Positions 20,548-33,672 are shown, counted from the first letter of the stretch. The stretch is DNA of 64,000 nucleotides from Candidatus Eiseniibacteriota bacterium (GCA_043809585.1 JBDROZ010000017.1:1-64000), one strand, 5' to 3'. Numbers and translations: made by a program. Notes: a model not told the origin generated them from the sequence alone.

Positions 20548-21639
20548 ATGCGCGTTCTCTATCTGATGGACGACGTGGGCGGAGGGACGGGGAACCACAT
20601 TCTCGCCCTTCTCCCGCTCCTGAAAGGGGTGGAGCCGGTCTTCGCCACGACGGGGCGCACGGTGCGGAGCCGTCTCGCATCCGCGGGCCCGGAGATCTTT
20701 CGCGTTCCTCCGAAGCGATGGTACGAATTCCCCGTCCTTCATCAGATCCGGATGTATTCCGATCTCGTCCGGTTCGCCCGGGACCGGAACGTCGACGTGA
20801 TCCACACCTATTTCTTCTGGTCCATTTTCTTCGGCCGTCTCTTGAAGCGGCGCCTCGGCGTCCGTCTCCTCGTGGAGAACCGGGAGGACCTCGGCTTCCA
20901 GTGGGGCCGGTTCGAGTACGGGCTGCTCCGCTTCCGCGCGGGCGAGCCGGACCGGGTCGTTTGCGTGGCCGACGAAGTCCGGCGGAGGGTGCTCGCCCGT
21001 GAACGGGTCGCGCCGGAAAAGTTGACGGTCATTCACAACGGCCTCGCGCCGGCGGCGGCCGGGAAAGAAGGGGGCGACCTGCGGGCCGAGCTCGGCATTC
21101 CGCCGGGGGTGCCGGTGATCGGCGCCGTGGCGAACTTCCGGACCGTCAAGCGGCTCGACCGGCTGATCCGGGCATCCCGGAGGATTCGGGAACGCCTGCC
21201 CGGCGCCCGGGTCGTTCTCGCCGGGCGGGGGACCGAAGAGGAGGGGCTGCGGAAGCTGACGACCGATCTCGGCCTCGAGGGGACGGTGCTCTTCGCCGGC
21301 TACCGGACCGACGTCGATTCCACTTACCGGACCTTCGACGTCACGGTGCTCACGTCCGAATCGGAGGGATGCTCGATCACGATCCTCGAGTCCTTCGACG
21401 CCGGCGTCCCCGTGGTCGTGACCGACGTGGGGGGAAACGGCGAGCTGGTCGCCGACGGGGAAAACGGATTTCTCGTGCCCGAGTGGAACGAACCGCTCTT
21501 CGTCGACCGCGTGGCGCGGATCTTGGAGGACGGGGATCTACGGCGCCGTCTCGGCGAGGCCGGCAGAACGAGAGTGCGGGATCGTCACGCCATGGGCGAA
21601 GTCGCGGAGCGGTACCTCCGCGTGTATCGGGGGGAGTAG
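20548..21639 (+). CDS. GT4 family glycosyltransferase
   Basis: GGGTG N-terminal loop, VIHNG, EGCSITILE (ExxxxxxxE), PVVVTDVGG. Confidence 0.9.
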   Translation: MRVLYLMDDVGGGTGNHILALLPLLKGVEPVFATTGRTVRSRLASAGPEIFRVPPKRWYEFPVLHQIRMYSDLVRFARDRNVDVIHTYFFWSIFFGRLLKRRLGVRLLVENREDLGFQWGRFEYGLLRFRAGEPDRVVCVADEVRRRVLARERVAPEKLTVIHNGLAPAAAGKEGGDLRAELGIPPGVPVIGAVANFRTVKRLDRLIRASRRIRERLPGARVVLAGRGTEEEGLRKLTTDLGLEGTVLFAGYRTDVDSTYRTFDVTVLTSESEGCSITILESFDAGVPVVVTDVGGNGELVADGENGFLVPEWNEPLFVDRVARILEDGDLRRRLGEAGRTRVRDRHAMGEVAERYLRVYRGE

Positions 21640-21642
21640 ACG

Positions 21643-22332
21643 GTGGGATTCAAAGGGACCCTGCTCGGCGGCGCGTTTGGATGGGTCCTCGGCGGGCCGA
21701 TCGGCGCGGTGGTCGGCGGGCTGTTCGGCGACCGTGCGGGGGGGGGGAAGAAAGGGGGGGGCGACACGGCGGTCTCGCTGGCCGTCCTTCTCGCGGCGGT
21801 GACGAAGGCGGGGGGGGGGGTGGACGAGGGCCCGTCGGGCGTGCGGAGCTTCCTCGCCGGGAGCTTCGGCGCGGAGAACGCCGACGACCTGATGCAGATC
21901 TACGGCCGGGCGCTCACAATGGACCTCGACCAGAGCGCGATCACCACCCAGCTCCGCGGCGCCCTCGACGGCCCGAGCCGCCTCGAGCTCCTCCACGCCC
22001 TTTTCCGTCTCGTCGCCCCCGAAGGCCCGTCGTCGCCGCGGGCGGCGGTGGTACGCCAGGCCGGCGGCGGGCTCGGCGTCCCGCCGGAAGAGGTGCGGCG
22101 CATCGAGGCGTTCTACCGGAGCGACGATGATCGCGCCTACAGCGTGCTCGGCGCGGCGCCGGGCGATCCCCCCGAAGAGATCAGGCGGAAGTACCGGGAT
22201 CTCGCGAAGAAGTACCACCCCGACCGAGTCGCGCACCTGGGCGACGAGTTCCGTGCCCTCGCGGAAGATCGGTTCAAGACGATCCAGGACGCGTACGAGA
22301 AGATCGGGAAAGAATGGCGGGGCGATGCCTAG
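21643..22332 (+). CDS. DjlA-like protein (TM helix, TerB-like domain, C-terminal J domain)
   Basis: GGAFGWVLGGPIGAVVG; AYSVLG, YRDLAKKYHPDRV, FKTIQDAYEKI. Confidence 0.85.
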   Translation: MGFKGTLLGGAFGWVLGGPIGAVVGGLFGDRAGGGKKGGGDTAVSLAVLLAAVTKAGGGVDEGPSGVRSFLAGSFGAENADDLMQIYGRALTMDLDQSAITTQLRGALDGPSRLELLHALFRLVAPEGPSSPRAAVVRQAGGGLGVPPEEVRRIEAFYRSDDDRAYSVLGAAPGDPPEEIRRKYRDLAKKYHPDRVAHLGDEFRALAEDRFKTIQDAYEKIGKEWRGDA

Positions 22333-22469
22333 CCTGGATTCTCCTTAGAATCTCGGCTCCAAACGCGATCACTCCCGCGCCGGCCCGTCATCCGGAACCG
22401 TACTCGCCCTCACCATGACTCACGTATTGTGAAATGCGCTCCCCATGGTTCGGCCTACGGGCGGCCCCG

Positions 22470-23084
22470 TCACCCGAAAGACCTGAATCCCACCACCGAC
22501 TGATAGATGCCGAGACCGGCGAGAATCAGGGCGGACACCGGCAGGAGGGTCCGCTGGACCTTCGGACCGAGAGACCGGGCGCTGCCGAAGGCGAGAATCG
22601 ACGCGGCGAGCATGGCGACGATCGTCGCGTAGAAGGCCGCGACGACGGCGACGCCGTTCATCGGCGTTTCCCGCCACGCCGCGACCACGAGGGGGCCGAG
22701 GACGAGTGCCCAGCCGAGGTAGGGATTGGGGTTGAGGAGATTGACGAGGGCGGCCTCGAAGATCGTCTTGGGGGTCTTGCCCTCCATCTCCGAGGCAAGG
22801 GAAAGAGGGCGCCGCCACTGCCGGAACGTTCTCCAGGCGAGGTAGAGGAGGAGCAGGCCCCCGGCCGCCCGGAGGAAACCCTGCATCGCCGGAGTCAGCC
22901 GTCCGAGGACGAGAAGCGCGAGAAGGGCGATCGGACCGTCGCTCAGCAGTGGAGCGAGTGAGGCGGGGAGGGTCCGCCGCCATCCGATCGACGCGACCCG
23001 GGAGAGAAGATACGCCTGCAGCGGCCCCGGCTGCACCCCCGCCGAGAACCCGAGCCCCGCGCCGATGAGTATGTACTTCAGCAT
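22470..23084 (-). CDS. LysE family translocator
   Basis: SAGVQPGP, GGLLLLYLAW, NLLNPNP; about six TM helices. Confidence 0.88.
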   Translation of the reverse strand: MLKYILIGAGLGFSAGVQPGPLQAYLLSRVASIGWRRTLPASLAPLLSDGPIALLALLVLGRLTPAMQGFLRAAGGLLLLYLAWRTFRQWRRPLSLASEMEGKTPKTIFEAALVNLLNPNPYLGWALVLGPLVVAAWRETPMNGVAVVAAFYATIVAMLAASILAFGSARSLGPKVQRTLLPVSALILAGLGIYQSVVGFRSFG

Positions 23085-23112
23085 GGACGATTCCGGGGAT
23101 TTCTCCTTTCCT

Positions 23113-23283
23113 CTACTTCTTGATCTGGGCGGCGAGAATACCGAGGGAGATGGAGAAGCCGAGACTGAGCACCGCCACGACCCGGGTTTTGTAGGGGGTC
23201 CCCTTCAGAATCACCGCCACGGCGACGATCACGAACGCCCAGAGGAGGGCATTCAAGATATTGGTCTTGCTGTTGTTGTCCAT
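23113..23283 (-). CDS. Small two-TM membrane protein (56 aa), absent from the ORF track
   Basis: MDNNSKTNILNALLWAFVIVAVAVILKGTPYKTRVVAVLSLGFSISLGILAAQIKK; GAGGAAGG upstream; fills the gap between two co-oriented genes. Confidence 0.7.
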   Translation of the reverse strand: MDNNSKTNILNALLWAFVIVAVAVILKGTPYKTRVVAVLSLGFSISLGILAAQIKK

Positions 23284-23365
23284 GGCCTTCCTCGGTGTCC
23301 CCGAATTTCCGTACTCGCAGTACCCTCGCCGTCCCGGATGAATCGGAGGGGAAGATCGAATTCGC

Positions 23366-24574
23366 TCAAGGGAGGCGCCGCACGACGACGACCGTGGCGT
23401 CGTCGTCCCACCGTTCCCCGCCGTGCCGTTTCGCCGCGTCGAAGATCGCTGCCAGGATCGCCTCGGCCGCCTTCTCCCGGTTTTGCGAGAGCACCGCGGC
23501 GACCCGCCCCTCGCCGAACTGATCTCCCGTGCCGTCGTCCCGTTCGATGATGCCGTCGGAGACCGCCGCGAAGACGCCCCCCCGGTCGATGTGGGCGAAG
23601 CCCCGTTTGAAACGCGCTTCCGGGAGGGGCCCGAGCACCGAACCGCCCACTTCGAGCCGGAACATCCCCCGGTCGAGCAGCAAAAACGGCGCGATGTGCC
23701 CCGCGTTCACGTACATGAGATTGCCGTTCAGCTCCAGTTCGCCGTAGAAAAGGGAGACGAACTTCGTGGAGAGCGTGCTCCGGTGGATCACCTGGTTCAG
23801 CTTGCGGATCGTGGGCGTGATCTTCATGTCCTTCTCGACGCCCATCCGGAGACCGGTCACCACGTCCCGGACGAGAAGCGCCGCCGGGAGGCCGTGGCCG
23901 CTCGCGTCCCCCGTGGCGATGCCGATCGATTCCCCCTCGATCGGGATGAAATCGTAGAAGTCCCCGCCCACCAGGTCGATCGTGTCGGCCCGCGCCGCCA
24001 GCTCGTACCCGGGAAAGTCGGGGAGTCTCTTCGGAAAGAGACTCCGCTGGATCATGCGGGTCTCCTCGAGATCCGCCACGATCCACTCGTGCTCCAGCCG
24101 ATAGGTCAGGGCGTTCCGGATCGCGTTCAGCGAAAACTCCACGGTCTCCCGTTCCCACCCTTCGCCGAGGCCGAAGGCGAGCACCCACTCCCGCTCCCGG
24201 CCGACCACGATCGCCGCCGACGTGGTCCCCCCGACGACCTCTCTCTCGAACTCGGGGTCGATTCCCGGAGTGTGGGCGTCGAAGATGTAGCACCGGTGCT
24301 CGAAGAGAAGCCGGATCGGCGGGTAGTCGGTGGAGATCCGGAAGCCGTCCGGGTCGATGAGGGGACTTTTCAAATCGCAGCAGAGGACGAGCTGGTGCCC
24401 GGCCACCTCGTACACCCGCCCGTTCACGATCGACAGCTCGGGCCCGAACGAGTCGACCAGCTCCCGGAGCACCGCGGAAATGAGCTCCCCCCTTTCGATG
24501 CCCGCCCCGGATTGGATCTTCGAGAGAAGGGCGTCCAGCTTGCGATAGAAGGTTTTCTGATCGTGAGTCGCCAT
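23366..24574 (-). CDS. PP2C/SpoIIE-type Ser/Thr phosphatase with N-terminal GAF-like domain
   Basis: VGGDFYD, GDASGHG, NAGH, SDGIIE, DDATVVV. Confidence 0.9.
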   Translation of the reverse strand: MATHDQKTFYRKLDALLSKIQSGAGIERGELISAVLRELVDSFGPELSIVNGRVYEVAGHQLVLCCDLKSPLIDPDGFRISTDYPPIRLLFEHRCYIFDAHTPGIDPEFEREVVGGTTSAAIVVGREREWVLAFGLGEGWERETVEFSLNAIRNALTYRLEHEWIVADLEETRMIQRSLFPKRLPDFPGYELAARADTIDLVGGDFYDFIPIEGESIGIATGDASGHGLPAALLVRDVVTGLRMGVEKDMKITPTIRKLNQVIHRSTLSTKFVSLFYGELELNGNLMYVNAGHIAPFLLLDRGMFRLEVGGSVLGPLPEARFKRGFAHIDRGGVFAAVSDGIIERDDGTGDQFGEGRVAAVLSQNREKAAEAILAAIFDAAKRHGGERWDDDATVVVVRRLP

Positions 24575-24750
24575 GGCCTTGCTCCCCGTGTCCCCGGTAT
24601 GATCGTCCAGGGCTCTCCGGGGCGCAAGGCCTTTCCCGGAGGAGGAGGGGAGTTCACGGGGTTCGGACGGGCCGCGGGGGGGCGCCGACCCTTTTTCCCT
24701 TGCCGCTCCGCGGGCTTTTGCCTAAACTCATCAATCTTTGGTGAAGGGCC

Positions 24751-25047
24751 ATGGACGGGGAGAAAGATCCGGCCGGGCGGTGGACAAGGGGGCTCAGGAC
24801 CCTCAAGAACGCCCAGAAAACCGAAGCCACGGTGGGCAGTTACATCCACCTCGGCTTGACGTTGGCCGCTTCGACCCTGCTCTTCTTTTACGCCGGCTAC
24901 AAGCTCGACCGGTGGATCGGAACACTGCCGATTTTCGCTCTCCTGGGCACGTTCCTCGGGGCTTTCGGCGGTTTCCTCTATCTCTACCGGGTGCTGACCG
25001 CCGGCGAGAGGAAAAAGGAGAAGGGGCCGGACCGTGACGGGGTATGA
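24751..25047 (+). CDS. AtpZ/AtpI family protein
   Basis: Two TM helices around GYKLDRWIGT; first gene of the atp operon. Confidence 0.8.
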   Translation: MDGEKDPAGRWTRGLRTLKNAQKTEATVGSYIHLGLTLAASTLLFFYAGYKLDRWIGTLPIFALLGTFLGAFGGFLYLYRVLTAGERKKEKGPDRDGV

Positions 25048-25441
25048 CCGGTTCTTCGCGGCCGCCTCCCTGGCGATCACGGCGCTCCTTTTCGCGGGAC
25101 TCCGGCCGCTCTTTGCCGGCCGGTTCGGGACGAACCCCGGCGGCTCGGTGGCCTACGGCCTGCTCGTCGCCCTCGTCGCGGTGCTGCTGAGCTACGGGCT
25201 CCTCCGGAGATCGGTCGGCGCGTCCCACCAAACTTTTCAACTGGTCTTCTTCGGGGGAATCCTCGGACGGTTCGCGGTTTTCGGGGGAGCCGTGGGAGCG
25301 GCGTTCCTGATCGAGGGCCTCGACGGCCGGGTGGCGGCCCTGGCGATCCTGGCCGGCTTCCTTCCCCTGAGCGCACTCGAAGTCTTCTGCGTCGTTCGCG
25401 GCCAATCGGCCGGGCAACCGGGGAAGAGACGGAATGGCTGA
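25034..25441 (+). CDS. atpI: ATP synthase protein I-like membrane protein
   Basis: Four TM helices, GGILGRF; immediately upstream of atpB. Confidence 0.65.
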   Translation: MTGYDRFFAAASLAITALLFAGLRPLFAGRFGTNPGGSVAYGLLVALVAVLLSYGLLRRSVGASHQTFQLVFFGGILGRFAVFGGAVGAAFLIEGLDGRVAALAILAGFLPLSALEVFCVVRGQSAGQPGKRRNG

Positions 25442-26285
25442 TCACGGAGCGGTTCAGGAAGCGGCGCACGAAGCGGCGCTCGAAACGGCCCACGGCGGGC
25501 AGGCCGCCGAGCACTTCGACTTCGTCCACATGTTCCACCATCTCGAGGACGGCGTGCTCGTCCACCTGCCGACGATCAAGGCCGGCCCCGTCGCCCTCGA
25601 TCTCTCGATCACCAAGGTGGTCCTCATGATGTGGATCGCGGGCTTCGTCGCCCTCGTCGCCTTCGGCGCCGTGGCCCGGCGGCTATCGCGGGACGAAAAA
25701 CCGCGGGGGACGCTGACCAACCTCCTCGAGTCGATCATCCTTTTCATCCGTGACGATATCGTCTACGAGTTGATGGGCAAGAAGGACGGGAAGCGGTACA
25801 CGCCCTACTTCCTGACCCTCTTCTTCTTCATTCTTTTCTGCAATCTTCTCGGCCTGATCCCGTTCATGTTCACCGCCACGGCGAACATCGCGGTCACCGC
25901 CACCCTCGCGATCATGACGTTCGTGCTCACCCAGGGGAGCGGGATCCGCGAGCAGGGCCTGGGCCACTATCTGAAAAACATGGTCCCCCCCGGAATGCCC
26001 ATATTCCTGCTCCCCATCATGATCCCCATCGAGATCATCGGACACTTCATCAAGCCCTTCGCGCTCACGATCCGGCTCTTCGCCAACATGACCGCGGGCC
26101 ACGTGGTGATCCTGTCCCTCTTCGGCCTGATCTTCCTGTTCCGGATGATCGCGGTGGCCCTGCCCGCCGTGGCGTTCGTGCTGTTCATCGACATGCTGGA
26201 GCTCTTCGTGGCGTTCCTGCAGTCGTACATTTTCGTTTTCTTGTCGGTCCTCTTCGTCAGCTCCGCCATGCATCCGGAGCATTGA
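25434..26285 (+). CDS. atpB: ATP synthase Fo subunit a
   Basis: NLLGLIP, TATANIAVT, KPFALTIRLFANMTAGH, LQSYIF. Confidence 0.97.
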   Translation: MADHGAVQEAAHEAALETAHGGQAAEHFDFVHMFHHLEDGVLVHLPTIKAGPVALDLSITKVVLMMWIAGFVALVAFGAVARRLSRDEKPRGTLTNLLESIILFIRDDIVYELMGKKDGKRYTPYFLTLFFFILFCNLLGLIPFMFTATANIAVTATLAIMTFVLTQGSGIREQGLGHYLKNMVPPGMPIFLLPIMIPIEIIGHFIKPFALTIRLFANMTAGHVVILSLFGLIFLFRMIAVALPAVAFVLFIDMLELFVAFLQSYIFVFLSVLFVSSAMHPEH

Positions 26286-26369
26286 CGGGAGGCGATTCGA
26301 TCCCCGGCGCCGCCCCGCCGAGTGCGGGAGTTCGGAGCGGCGCTCGCAACAGAAGGAGGAAGGAGCAGA

Positions 26370-26594
26370 ATGGACCTCGGATTTCTCGCCGCAGGCGTCG
26401 GCGCCGGCATCAGCGTGTTCGGTGCTGGTTTCGGAATCGGCAAGCTCGCCGCCGCCGCCCTCGAAAGCATGGGGCGCCAGCCGGAAGCGGCCGGCGACCT
26501 CCGGACCTCGATGATCATCGCCGCCGCGCTGATCGAGGGAGTCGCGTTCTTCTCCCTCGTCATCTGCATGCTTCTCGCGACCAAGTCGGCGTAG
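26370..26594 (+). CDS. atpE: ATP synthase Fo subunit c
   Basis: GAGFGIG, RQPE loop, ALIEGV; strong RBS before ATG 26370. Confidence 0.97.
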   Translation: MDLGFLAAGVGAGISVFGAGFGIGKLAAAALESMGRQPEAAGDLRTSMIIAAALIEGVAFFSLVICMLLATKSA

Positions 26595-26622
26595 CACGGA
26601 CGGCGCGCATTGAGGAAAGAGC

Positions 26623-27135
26623 ATGGATAATCTTCTGAGCATCAACCCGGGGCTCGCCGTCTGGACGGTCGTGAGCTTCCTGCTCTTCTTCCTGCTGCTC
26701 CGGAAGTTCGCCTGGGGGCCGATCCTCCAGGCCCTGGACCGGCGGGAGAAGCGGATTCACGACGCGATCGAGTCGGCGGAGCGCTCCCGGAAAGAAGCCG
26801 AAAAGATCCTCGAGGTCCAAAGGGCGGAGCTCGCGAAGGCACGGGGAGAGGCGAAGGCGATCGTCGACGAGGCGACATCCGACGCGGGCCACCGGAGCGA
26901 GGAGATCCTGGCCGAGACGCGCAAGGAGTCGGAGAGGCTTCTGGAGCGGGCCCGCCGGGAGATCCATCATGAGGAGACCCAGGCGATCGACCATATCCGG
27001 CGCGACGCGGTGGACATCGCCCTCGAGGCGGCCACCCGCCTGCTCGGGCGGTCCATGACCGAGGCGGACCACCGGCGGATGGTGGAGCAATTCATCGCCG
27101 ACGCGACGAAGGCGGCGGGGGAGAAGAACCGGTGA
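26623..27135 (+). CDS. atpF: ATP synthase Fo subunit b
   Basis: N-terminal TM, KFAWGPILQALDRRE, long coiled coil. Confidence 0.95.
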   Translation: MDNLLSINPGLAVWTVVSFLLFFLLLRKFAWGPILQALDRREKRIHDAIESAERSRKEAEKILEVQRAELAKARGEAKAIVDEATSDAGHRSEEILAETRKESERLLERARREIHHEETQAIDHIRRDAVDIALEAATRLLGRSMTEADHRRMVEQFIADATKAAGEKNR

Positions 27136-27689
27136 CCGAGAAAAGCGGCGGGGCGCTGGCGCGGGTCTACGCGGACGCCCTCTTCGAGTTGGCGGCGGAA
27201 AAGCACGCCGTCGACGAGCGCCTGGACGAGGTTCGGACCCTCCTCGCCGTCTTCGCCGGAAGGCCGGGCCTCCGGCCGGTCCTCGAGTCGCCGAAAATAG
27301 ACGGGGCGAGGAAGGCGGCCATGGTGCGGGACGTCTTCGGCGACCGCTTCTCCCGGGACCTCCTGAACCTGGTTCTGCTGCTGATCGAAAAAAACCGTCC
27401 GTCCCTGCTTACGGCGATTCTCGAGTCCTTCGAGGATCGATGCGACGAGGAGAGCGGCCGGCTCCAGGCGCGGGTGACCACCGCGGTGCCCTTGGAGAAC
27501 GCCGAGGCGGAGCTGCTTTCCCGGGGTCTCTCGGACAAGACGCGGATGGAAATCGTGCTCGACCGCCGGGTGGACCCGGAGGTCCTCGGCGGCGCGGTGC
27601 TCCGGTTCGGCGATTTCATCGTGGACGGAAGCCTGAAGCGGCGGCTCGAGCGCCTGAGAGACGACCTCCTCACCCCATCGGAGCAATGA
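27132..27689 (+). CDS. atpH: ATP synthase F1 subunit delta
   Basis: [22 protein letters not shown]. Confidence 0.95.
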   Translation: MTEKSGGALARVYADALFELAAEKHAVDERLDEVRTLLAVFAGRPGLRPVLESPKIDGARKAAMVRDVFGDRFSRDLLNLVLLLIEKNRPSLLTAILESFEDRCDEESGRLQARVTTAVPLENAEAELLSRGLSDKTRMEIVLDRRVDPEVLGGAVLRFGDFIVDGSLKRRLERLRDDLLTPSEQ

Positions 27690-27705
27690 GGGAGCCAGAG
27701 TTTCC

Positions 27706-29220
<1,515 letters not shown>

Positions 29221-29255
29221 GCTGGCGAAAGAAGAAGAAGAAGAAGACGAAGCCC

Positions 29256-31555
<2,300 letters not shown>

Positions 31556-31825
31556 ATGGGGGAGAGGACTTTTCGCTGCGAGATCTATTCGCCCGAGGGG
31601 ACCGTCTACTCGGGGGAGACGACGAAGGTCGTCGCCACGGCGATCGACGGCGAGCTGGGGGTTCTTTTCAACCACGCGCCCCTCGTCACCGCCCTCGGCG
31701 AGGGCTCCCTCCGGATCACGGCCGTGGGCGGCGAGGAACTCCGGTACGTCGCCCACGGGGGCTTCCTCGAGGTTTTCAAGAACCACGTCACGATCCTGAC
31801 CGAGAAGGTGGAGAAGGCGGAGTAG
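31556..31825 (+). CDS. atpC: ATP synthase F1 subunit epsilon (short, beta-sandwich only)
   Basis: SPEG, GELGVLFNHAPL, GGFLEV; 89 aa. Confidence 0.92.
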   Translation: MGERTFRCEIYSPEGTVYSGETTKVVATAIDGELGVLFNHAPLVTALGEGSLRITAVGGEELRYVAHGGFLEVFKNHVTILTEKVEKAE

Positions 31826-31842
31826 GCTCCGCCCCCTTGATC

Positions 31843-31870
31843 CCCGCCCACCGAATTCAGGGCCGCGGTC
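31843..31870 (+). repeat. Short dispersed repeat, copy 1
   Basis: 26/28 identical to 60794-60821; exact core CACCGAATTCAGGGCCGCGG. Confidence 0.7.
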
Positions 31871-31964
31871 TTTGAAAGATCCAGCTTAACTCACGGGATT
31901 TCAGGATCTTCGTTCGTTCTCCCGTACCGGGCCGAATTTTTCGCTCGATTTCCTGCCCCGTAAG

Positions 31965-31973
31965 TGGTATAGT
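31965..31973 (+). promoter_or_regulatory. Candidate extended -10 promoter
   Basis: TG-G-TATAGT about 85 nt upstream of the 32059 start. Confidence 0.4.
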
Positions 31974-32058
31974 ATCAGTCCGTTGCTGTATCTCTCGATT
32001 ATTTTGACGGTTCCGGGAAGACCGACCCGCGCCGCCGGGGAAGAGCCGGAGGAGACCC

Positions 32059-32703
32059 ATGAAAGCAGCCTGCACCGTCCTCGCTCTCACACTGTTCACC
32101 GTCGGCGCCGCCTACGCCAATCCGCTCCCGGAAGGCTACGCCGGCATGGATCAGAACGGCGACCTCGTCTGCAATCCGGAAGAGATGGGGTTCGAACTGA
32201 CGGCGGGAGACGCCGGAATGAGCTTCGGCCTGGATCCGTTCTTCGACATGATCGGGGGCGGAGTGCTCTCCTTCGGCTGTGTCTTCTGTGTTCAGGACAA
32301 GAACCTCGTCTCCGACGAGTCGTGGACCTTCGCGACTCCGGCCGGCTGGACCAACGGCGTCTTCCGGAACTCGGACGAGCCGGGGTTTCCCTACCCCGTG
32401 AGCTCCTGGATCGGGGCGGCCTACCCGAACTACCGGTGCTACGCCGTGGAGGCGACTGACTTCACGTTCTCCTCCCCCCTCGCGAGCCCGTTCCCGCTCG
32501 GCACCTTCACCTTCACGTACGCCGCCGCCGAAGAGGGCTGCGTCGGGTTCGTGATCGACGGCGCCAACACGGGCTTCCTCACGACGTCGTTCATCACCGG
32601 AACGATGGAACTCGAGGGGCAGACCTGCCCGCCCTACGAGTGCGGCGGGATTTCGTCGACCGAGAAGGAGTCGTGGGGGGGCGTGAAGGCGCTCTTCCGT
32701 TAG
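32059..32703 (+). CDS. Secreted Cys-rich hypothetical protein with SW-tail
   Basis: RBS GGAGGAG; signal peptide ending AYA; C-terminus STEKESWGGVKALFR. Confidence 0.8.
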   Translation: MKAACTVLALTLFTVGAAYANPLPEGYAGMDQNGDLVCNPEEMGFELTAGDAGMSFGLDPFFDMIGGGVLSFGCVFCVQDKNLVSDESWTFATPAGWTNGVFRNSDEPGFPYPVSSWIGAAYPNYRCYAVEATDFTFSSPLASPFPLGTFTFTYAAAEEGCVGFVIDGANTGFLTTSFITGTMELEGQTCPPYECGGISSTEKESWGGVKALFR

Positions 32704-32750
32704 CCCTGGAATCGAGTTTGATCATTCGATCGGCGGTCCGCTACCTAGGT

Positions 32751-33016
32751 GGGCCGCCGGTTCTATCTGGCTTTCTGCTGCGACTCCGGCTCGCGGGCTG
32801 CGAGGCCTCCTTTCCATCGCCGCTTCCTCAACGGGGCACTTTGGCCCCGCACCTGGCGACCGAGGCCGGGTACCCACCCGAGTGGGAGGCGAGGGTGGGG
32901 GGCCGAGGGACGTCCCGGAGGCGCGGGAGCGCCGGAGGGGGAGCGGCTTGTCCAAGTCGGCCTCTCGCCTCGCGATCCGGAGCCTCGCGACGAAACCCAG
33001 AAAGAATCGGCGACCC
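32751..33016 (+). repeat. Long imperfect palindromic (rod-shaped) intergenic element, copy B
   Basis: 32774-32837 is 55/64 identical to 1181-1244 and 32939-32993 is 47/55 identical to 1329-1383; its ends base-pair. Confidence 0.8.
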
Positions 33017-33035
33017 CGGGCCGCCGGTTCTTTTT
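33002..33035 (+). terminator. Terminator-like hairpin at the 3' edge of element B
   Basis: AAGAATCGGCGACC-CCG-GGCCGCCGGTTCTT followed by TTT. Confidence 0.5.
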
Positions 33036-33237
33036 CATCGGGGAGGGCCAAGAGTACTCCCTTCCCCGGGGCAAGAGTGACTATATTCACCGACATGGGG
33101 GGAAGTTCCCCCCCAGAATTGCATTCCCCCCCGAGTGACTTTCGAGGTTCGCGCCCCCTGCGCGAGAAGCCGCGGCGATCCGGATTGCACCGCTCCTCCC
33201 CGGGCGCCCGGTCCGGCCCGCCGCCGGAGGTAGCCCC

Positions 33238-33654
33238 ATGCCCCGGTTTCTGTTGTTGACGCTTTTTTTCGCAACTGGATTCGCGATCGTTCCGGCTGCC
33301 GATGCCGCGACCTTCGTGGTGACGACTTCGGGAGTGACTTTCGTCCCCGATTCTGTGACGGTCAGCGTCGGAGACACCGTTCAGTGGGTGTGGGGCGGCG
33401 CGCCGAACCACACGGTGACGAGCGGCACCGGCTCGGCGGACCCGGACGCGGGCGCGCTCTACGACGCGCCCCTGAACTCTCTGAATCCGACCTTCTCCTA
33501 CGTCTTCTCCGGCGCGGGGGGGATCTACCCGTACTTCTGCCGTCTCCACGAACTACTGAACATGGACGGGGTGGTGATCGTCGAGGAGCAGGTGGGTGTT
33601 CCCGCCCCTTCGGGGTTGGTTTCCTGGTCCCGGATCAAGGAAGTCTTCCGGTAG
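33238..33654 (+). CDS. Secreted cupredoxin (plastocyanin/azurin family) with SW-tail
   Basis: Signal peptide; VSVGDTVQW, NHTVT, type-1 copper ligands YFCRLHELLNM; C-terminus SWSRIKEVFR. Confidence 0.9.
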   Translation: MPRFLLLTLFFATGFAIVPAADAATFVVTTSGVTFVPDSVTVSVGDTVQWVWGGAPNHTVTSGTGSADPDAGALYDAPLNSLNPTFSYVFSGAGGIYPYFCRLHELLNMDGVVIVEEQVGVPAPSGLVSWSRIKEVFR

Positions 33655-33672
33655 CCGAACAAAGCCCGGAAA

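Noticed and set aside
29231-29245. (GAA)5 tract between atpA and atpG
   Set aside because: Short purine-rich spacer before a start codon; no evidence of function.
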